In this document: positions 59,002-64,000 of the stretch, piece after piece
Position numbering within the stretch: position 1 is the first letter of the stretch
Layout: every line of letters begins with the position of its first letter
Virus record (IMG/VR): IMGVR_UViG_3300015608_004663
DNA: 64,000 bases
Strand: one strand, 5' to 3'
DNA from: an uncultured virus (IMG/VR IMGVR_UViG_3300015608_004663)
Lineage: Duplodnaviria > Heunggongvirae > Uroviricota > Caudoviricetes
The notes under the pieces: model-generated
Told to the model about the DNA's origin: nothing
The model's input: the letters and a program-made list of their open reading frames with translations, nothing else
Database searches by the model: none
Position numbers and translations under genes: made by a program

Positions 59002-60591
59002 CTAATTAGTGCGAGAGTCACGAATATTAATTTTTATATTTTTTGCGCGCAGCGCATCAAGACTAATAATCTGCAAAGTGTACGATCCTTCTGTTTCAAG
59101 CACAACTACGCTCTCGCTTTTGTTTCTATCAGTAGATACAGCAATGTGCTCTGGCGAAAAAATGACCGAGCACTTAGATTTTCCAGATTCAAAAACAACA
59201 TCTGGAAATGGATCTGTTTTATAGAACAGATTTGGGTAAGCTTTTGGACACCCTTGCGGAATAATTCGATCAATTTTTAATTCTTTATTAAAAGAGCAGC
59301 GCAATTGTGATGAATATGCTGATGTTAAACTATGAGCATCAACGCTTGCGATAGCGTATATATCGCCAGATACAAAATTTTCATCAATAAAAAATGTCAC
59401 AGCTTCTTTTACATTAATCACTCTATCTGCTTTTTCTACTGACGCAACTTTAATTGGACTAAAATCAATTTCTGCGAGCAACAAAAACGGCTCTTGCAAA
59501 GAGTGTCGCTTGTAAATCTGAAATTTGACAATGTCTCGCTGCTGATTGACAGGTAGCGACCAAGACAATGTGAGCAAACCGTCAATTATGTCTGCTGTGA
59601 AATCTGCTGGCGGGGGTGGGGGTGTAGTTTCTTGACAGACAACGTCTTGAATCGTGCCAGATGATGCACATGACACTGTGACGTATCCGATAACTCCAGT
59701 GTCAGTGATTGCTGGAATTGAAACATCTGCAATAATCTTCACAAGATATCTGTATGTTGATCCATACTTGACGCTTGGATCTACGTATTTTGTAGAATTA
59801 ACTGTTGCTTTCACATAAATTGATGTTATGCTTTTATTTTGCGTAGTTATATTAATCTCTTGTTTCTCAATCAAAAATCCTCTAACGAAAATAAGCGGAA
59901 TAGCTTTTGCGTCACTTTTAATCGGTGTGAATGTTCCACTATCAAGCGACTGTGGGTTCTGAATCCAACCTGCTGCAACAGCAGCACTTTGCGCTGATTT
60001 TGTTGCACTTGATACTGCGTAAGCTGCGGCAGCTCCAGGAGAAGTTAAATCTGAACTAATTTTTGACATAACGTCATGTATTATTCTTGAATTTATCCTA
60101 GCTCTTGCTGTGGCTTTTGCTGCATTTGCAAACTCAGCATCAACAATTGGCGCTGATGGAATTAACACAGACATAGCAGAATTTAAAGCAAGCGTTGTAA
60201 CGTTTTCTGGTGTTGCGTTATCTAAAGCGACTGTTAATTCTTTTCTAGACTGTCCACTAACATCACCGTCTGCAGATAGCAGCAATAATGAACTTGACAC
60301 AGTAGATATAAACGCTTCTGGTGTTTTTGAGCCATCAATCGTCAGCAGAGAAAAATCACCGCTTAAAAAGTTCGTTTCTGTTACTATCGCTGAAGGTGAT
60401 TCACCTGGACGAATTTGATTTTTTGATGTTGTGATAACAAGCTCAACGTAACGAGTTGGATCTGCACTATCCAGTTCTGTTGGCTCTGAAATTGATTCAT
60501 CTGATGTGAATCGACCATAAACAAATTTTGCGTTAACAGTTGGTTCACCAAGATCAAGAAGCGTTAATTCTCTAGATAGAGCGCTGTTCAT
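59002..60591 (-). CDS. putative structural protein with FN3/Ig-like C-terminal half
   Basis: YVD..VKYG.TY.Y, PPPPPADF...LSW..P....DI..FQIY, Y.IASVDAH...S.YS. Confidence 0.55.
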   Translation of the reverse strand: MNSALSRELTLLDLGEPTVNAKFVYGRFTSDESISEPTELDSADPTRYVELVITTSKNQIRPGESPSAIVTETNFLSGDFSLLTIDGSKTPEAFISTVSSSLLLLSADGDVSGQSRKELTVALDNATPENVTTLALNSAMSVLIPSAPIVDAEFANAAKATARARINSRIIHDVMSKISSDLTSPGAAAAYAVSSATKSAQSAAVAAGWIQNPQSLDSGTFTPIKSDAKAIPLIFVRGFLIEKQEINITTQNKSITSIYVKATVNSTKYVDPSVKYGSTYRYLVKIIADVSIPAITDTGVIGYVTVSCASSGTIQDVVCQETTPPPPPADFTADIIDGLLTLSWSLPVNQQRDIVKFQIYKRHSLQEPFLLLAEIDFSPIKVASVEKADRVINVKEAVTFFIDENFVSGDIYAIASVDAHSLTSAYSSQLRCSFNKELKIDRIIPQGCPKAYPNLFYKTDPFPDVVFESGKSKCSVIFSPEHIAVSTDRNKSESVVVLETEGSYTLQIISLDALRAKNIKINIRDSRTN

Positions 60592-63500
60592 GTTGATTCC
60601 ACGCTGATAAAAAATGTGATTAAATTATTTGCCTCATCTGACTGCGCATCATCAATCTCTAATTGAGATGCATTATTATTCAATGATGCGTTTATGTCAA
60701 CTTTGAAAGACGATCTATCAATTGGCAATAAAAAAACTCTATCAAATTTTTTTGCTGTTAAAATTTGTCGCGATATTACAAGAGGATCTGATAACCGAGA
60801 AGTTATTTCTCCAATAACAGTTAATACTGTTGATGCAGCTTGACCCACTTCCGCTTGTTTCGTTGATACGACTGCTGTAACACCTCTGGGTGCTGGCGCT
60901 GGCGTGATCGTTGAACGAGTAATGCCAATTGCTTTTGCGCCTACTGTTGGCGCTGGACTTCTTGCTGGTGGTGCGGGCTGCGCCATGCCTCTAACTACTC
61001 TAGTTTCAAACAAAACATTCACAAGCTGTGAATCAAAAGTTGCTGGTGCTTCAAGTAACCACCACGTTGTTTCATTAAAATCTATATCAAACGTTGTTTT
61101 AAGTAGCGTTTCTAAGCAGTATGAAACAGAGTGATTTTTTGCAATGCTGTCTTTCACGCTTTGTGAAATTTGAGAATAATCTTGATCGTTCATTAGCAGT
61201 GCGTTTGGTTGATTTGACTGCTGCGCAAACTCTATTTGCGATGTTCCCTTGCCAACGCGACGAGTTGGTATCAATGACCATGATACTGTTGATGCGTTTG
61301 ATTTAGCGTGCTTGCTTTGATCTCTAACAACAAATCTTGATAAATCAAAATAAAATGATTGCTTTTCAAACACGACAGACGATCTTAAAAGATCGCGTTT
61401 GTGCACGTTAATTTTGACAATATCATTATTGATTTGATTCGTAAATTTCTGCTGCAGAGAAACTTTGCGCCCAAAAGACGCAACAAACCCATACGGTAAG
61501 CCTACAGCAAGAACAGATCCAGACACAGATGCACACACCGATTCAACAATCTCTGATGTGTTCTGCGTTAGAAATGAAAAATCAGTAATGTATTTTGCTG
61601 TTTGTTTAGCTGCGCTTATTGAATCAGTCAGAGTTGATTCAATAAGCGCAAGTTGCTCTGGTGTCATAATGTACGGAGCAGAATTACCAGCAGCTCGCAA
61701 CATTAGCTGCAATGATTGCTGCGATTCTGTTCTTGATAAAGCATCAACAATTGATTTGCTTGTGCTTGACACTAGCGTTAAAAACGAGTGCAGCGCAATA
61801 TTAGTTATCATAAACGCATTTTCAAGCTCTGCAATCTGTGACACAACAATTGCAGATCTAGTTGGCTGCGTAGTGATCATGTACGCTGCAGTTTGAGTTG
61901 TATTGATCACAATGCTGGGAACTGTATTTGTTGCAATTAGCATCATGATCAAAAACAACACAAGCAAAATTGAGCTATCTGTAGCATCAGAGTACAATGT
62001 TTTAAAATTACTCTGTAAATTTCTAAACAAATTTAATATTTCAACAAAAATTTGCGTGACTGATGCAAGCAATCCTCTTGGATTTTCAAGTGAAAAAATA
62101 AGATCACGCTTTGAAAATGAATAATCAAAGACTTGTGGTGTGATTGTCTTGTTAGAAAAAAATGCGCTAATTATAGCATCTTGTGAAATAATGCTAAGCG
62201 GAGTAGTCTGCGCAAGATCTCTAACAATAAAAGATGTTGCACCATCAACTTCAGTAGATTTTGTGATCCTAGAAACAAGATAGCAAAAAATAGCAGCTGC
62301 AAGATTTGAGTTAGTAGCAGCAGATCGTAACACAACAGCAAAAGGATCTGGTGTTGTTGTTTGTGACGTAGACAGCTTGGATGTTAAAAATTGCAAAAAA
62401 TCTGCAGATCTTGCTATTTTATCTGACAAAAACGTAGAATCAGATTGTTGTGGTTCGGCAACAATTGGGATCCAAGACGCTAATATGTTTGCGCTGCGTG
62501 ACGTTGTCTTCCACAAATTATCAATAGCGTTGAGTGAAAACACTGTATCGCTAGACGCAAGCAGCGATTCAAAATATGCTCGCTGCCCAGGCAGGAAATC
62601 ACTGACATAATCATCTTCATAACTAAGAACTCGCTGATTGTTGATCAGATCAAACGCAGTATTCATGCAAGAGCCAGTGATCTGCTGAGACGCAACAGAT
62701 TCACCAAGTGCACCATAGATCTTGTCAGTTATCGCGCTGTAATTGCTATCTGGCTTTTGTGTTTCAAGCAAACTAAGCACAGAATTTATTTTTTGATTTA
62801 CTGCAGCTAAAGACAGTCTGTACTCTCTCGAGATAGCGACGAGAAGCGTTGAGAGCGCCGTTTGTTTAGCCAGTGAAGAATCTAACAGCTTAATAGCTGC
62901 CGACGTACTCTCAATGAGCTGTGTGATTTTAGCAGCTGGCATGTTGATGATATCGTTTACTGTGAACGAAGAAAACACATCAAACAAAGACAGCGAAGAT
63001 TTTTCTAAACCAGCAACAAATGCTGCCGCGGGTTCTGAATTTCTTAAAATGCTGTTTTTCACCAGCGAAATGAAGGGTGAAGATGTTCGCTTCGCAGATT
63101 CGCACAGAAGCAAAAATGCTTTAGTTGCAGTGCAGTTTTGCACATAAATTGATGATTGCGCAAAATTTGTAGCTTGCAATGCAGCTGACGGTGTCTGCAA
63201 CAATTGTGCACTTGAGCTTTTGTACAAATCATTGTGTGCAGAAATGTAAGCTGTTGTAAGCCGATTTTCTGTCGAACGAGGATCAAGCGCCTGCTTCAGA
63301 TTATCAAACTGCGTTGAAATACCGTTTAAAAACGCATTAATTGCTATCACTGACTCAAAGGTACCAATTGATGCACGAGACGCGATCAAATCCTTAACTA
63401 AGGATTCATTTTCAACAGCGCTCTGAATCATTCGCTCGGCTTGGGCAGCTTGAAGAGCATCATTCTGAACGCGCAAAGAAAAACACGATCTTGTTGAACT

Positions 63501-63824
63501 GTCAGACGATCCAGACAAGTTTGCAAAATCAACATATCCCAAAATTTCTGGAACGTCTGGAGCGAAACCAGTTAAAATTTCTATTTTAGATCTTCCAAGC
63601 TGATCAACTATTCGCTTTGGTGATTTTTCAAGCATAACAACTGTTACGTTTGGAGCGCTTGCTGGTGGTGGCGCAGGTGGACTCTGCGGTGGGCTTGGTT
63701 TTACCACTTGAGTTTTAGCTGTAAACGCAGGTAATGGAAAACCCGGTGCTGAAACATCACTTGATAATCGCGTGCTCGGCGCAACAAAAACTGTGCCTAG
63801 TGATTTTGGAGCTAACTGAATCAT
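60588..63824 (-). CDS. large hypothetical (probably virion) protein
   Basis: 1078-aa Ser-rich ORF with Pro-rich linkers; ATGA overlaps at both ends. Confidence 0.6.
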   Translation of the reverse strand: MIQLAPKSLGTVFVAPSTRLSSDVSAPGFPLPAFTAKTQVVKPSPPQSPPAPPPASAPNVTVVMLEKSPKRIVDQLGRSKIEILTGFAPDVPEILGYVDFANLSGSSDSSTRSCFSLRVQNDALQAAQAERMIQSAVENESLVKDLIASRASIGTFESVIAINAFLNGISTQFDNLKQALDPRSTENRLTTAYISAHNDLYKSSSAQLLQTPSAALQATNFAQSSIYVQNCTATKAFLLLCESAKRTSSPFISLVKNSILRNSEPAAAFVAGLEKSSLSLFDVFSSFTVNDIINMPAAKITQLIESTSAAIKLLDSSLAKQTALSTLLVAISREYRLSLAAVNQKINSVLSLLETQKPDSNYSAITDKIYGALGESVASQQITGSCMNTAFDLINNQRVLSYEDDYVSDFLPGQRAYFESLLASSDTVFSLNAIDNLWKTTSRSANILASWIPIVAEPQQSDSTFLSDKIARSADFLQFLTSKLSTSQTTTPDPFAVVLRSAATNSNLAAAIFCYLVSRITKSTEVDGATSFIVRDLAQTTPLSIISQDAIISAFFSNKTITPQVFDYSFSKRDLIFSLENPRGLLASVTQIFVEILNLFRNLQSNFKTLYSDATDSSILLVLFLIMMLIATNTVPSIVINTTQTAAYMITTQPTRSAIVVSQIAELENAFMITNIALHSFLTLVSSTSKSIVDALSRTESQQSLQLMLRAAGNSAPYIMTPEQLALIESTLTDSISAAKQTAKYITDFSFLTQNTSEIVESVCASVSGSVLAVGLPYGFVASFGRKVSLQQKFTNQINNDIVKINVHKRDLLRSSVVFEKQSFYFDLSRFVVRDQSKHAKSNASTVSWSLIPTRRVGKGTSQIEFAQQSNQPNALLMNDQDYSQISQSVKDSIAKNHSVSYCLETLLKTTFDIDFNETTWWLLEAPATFDSQLVNVLFETRVVRGMAQPAPPARSPAPTVGAKAIGITRSTITPAPAPRGVTAVVSTKQAEVGQAASTVLTVIGEITSRLSDPLVISRQILTAKKFDRVFLLPIDRSSFKVDINASLNNNASQLEIDDAQSDEANNLITFFISVEST

Positions 63825-64000
63825 GATAACACTATTGAAGGACCAACAATGAATGCACTGACACTCATATCTGGAGCTAGCGCAGCCAGTGCATACGTTA
63901 ATGTATCTGGTACGATGCTAACGTTGTGATAAGCAACAATCCTTGAACTAAAGGAATTCACGTATCCAACAAGTTCAAACTGACCATCAGATCCAAGCGC
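63821..64000 (-). CDS. C-terminal end of a hypothetical protein (runs off window)
   Basis: Open frame ALGSDGQFELVG...GPSIVLS* ending in ATGA overlap. Confidence 0.5.
   Translation of the reverse strand, partial: ALGSDGQFELVGYVNSFSSRIVAYHNVSIVPDTLTYALAALAPDMSVSAFIVGPSIVLS

Noticed and set aside
1400..63147. Numerous 60-200 aa plus-strand ORFs antisense to core genes (e.g. 21094-21696, 39214-39732, 51417-51941)
   Set aside because: Fully overlap well-supported minus-strand genes and lack motifs; expected antisense shadows

Overview
A 64-kb segment of a large T4-like (jumbo-type) myophage genome, almost entirely on the minus strand. Left end: replication/recombination genes (partial RecA/UvsX, gp32-like SSB, YhaM-like HD nuclease, miniature family-A polymerase). 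Middle: contractile tail and baseplate genes (hub, LysM, tube initiator, tape measure, chaperone pair with a candidate +1 frameshift, tube, two ~1000-aa sheath paralogues), then neck and head genes (major capsid, scaffold, prohead protease, intein-containing portal, terminase). Right end: fused Mre11-Rad50, primase, RuvC, gp4-like nuclease and further virion proteins. The most striking unexplained pattern is about 18 small, mostly unrelated ORFs sharing an N-terminal leader M-K-I-[TS]-x-x-[QE]-L-x-x-[LI]-I-[RK]-E-A. It ends in a prohead-protease-like site and is copied at the DNA level together with its ribosome-binding region. It looks like a modular capsid-targeting cargo-loading system with high gene turnover, since many members are frameshifted. 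All functional calls come from motif recognition by eye; no database searches were run. No CRISPR array, tRNA or rRNA was seen.
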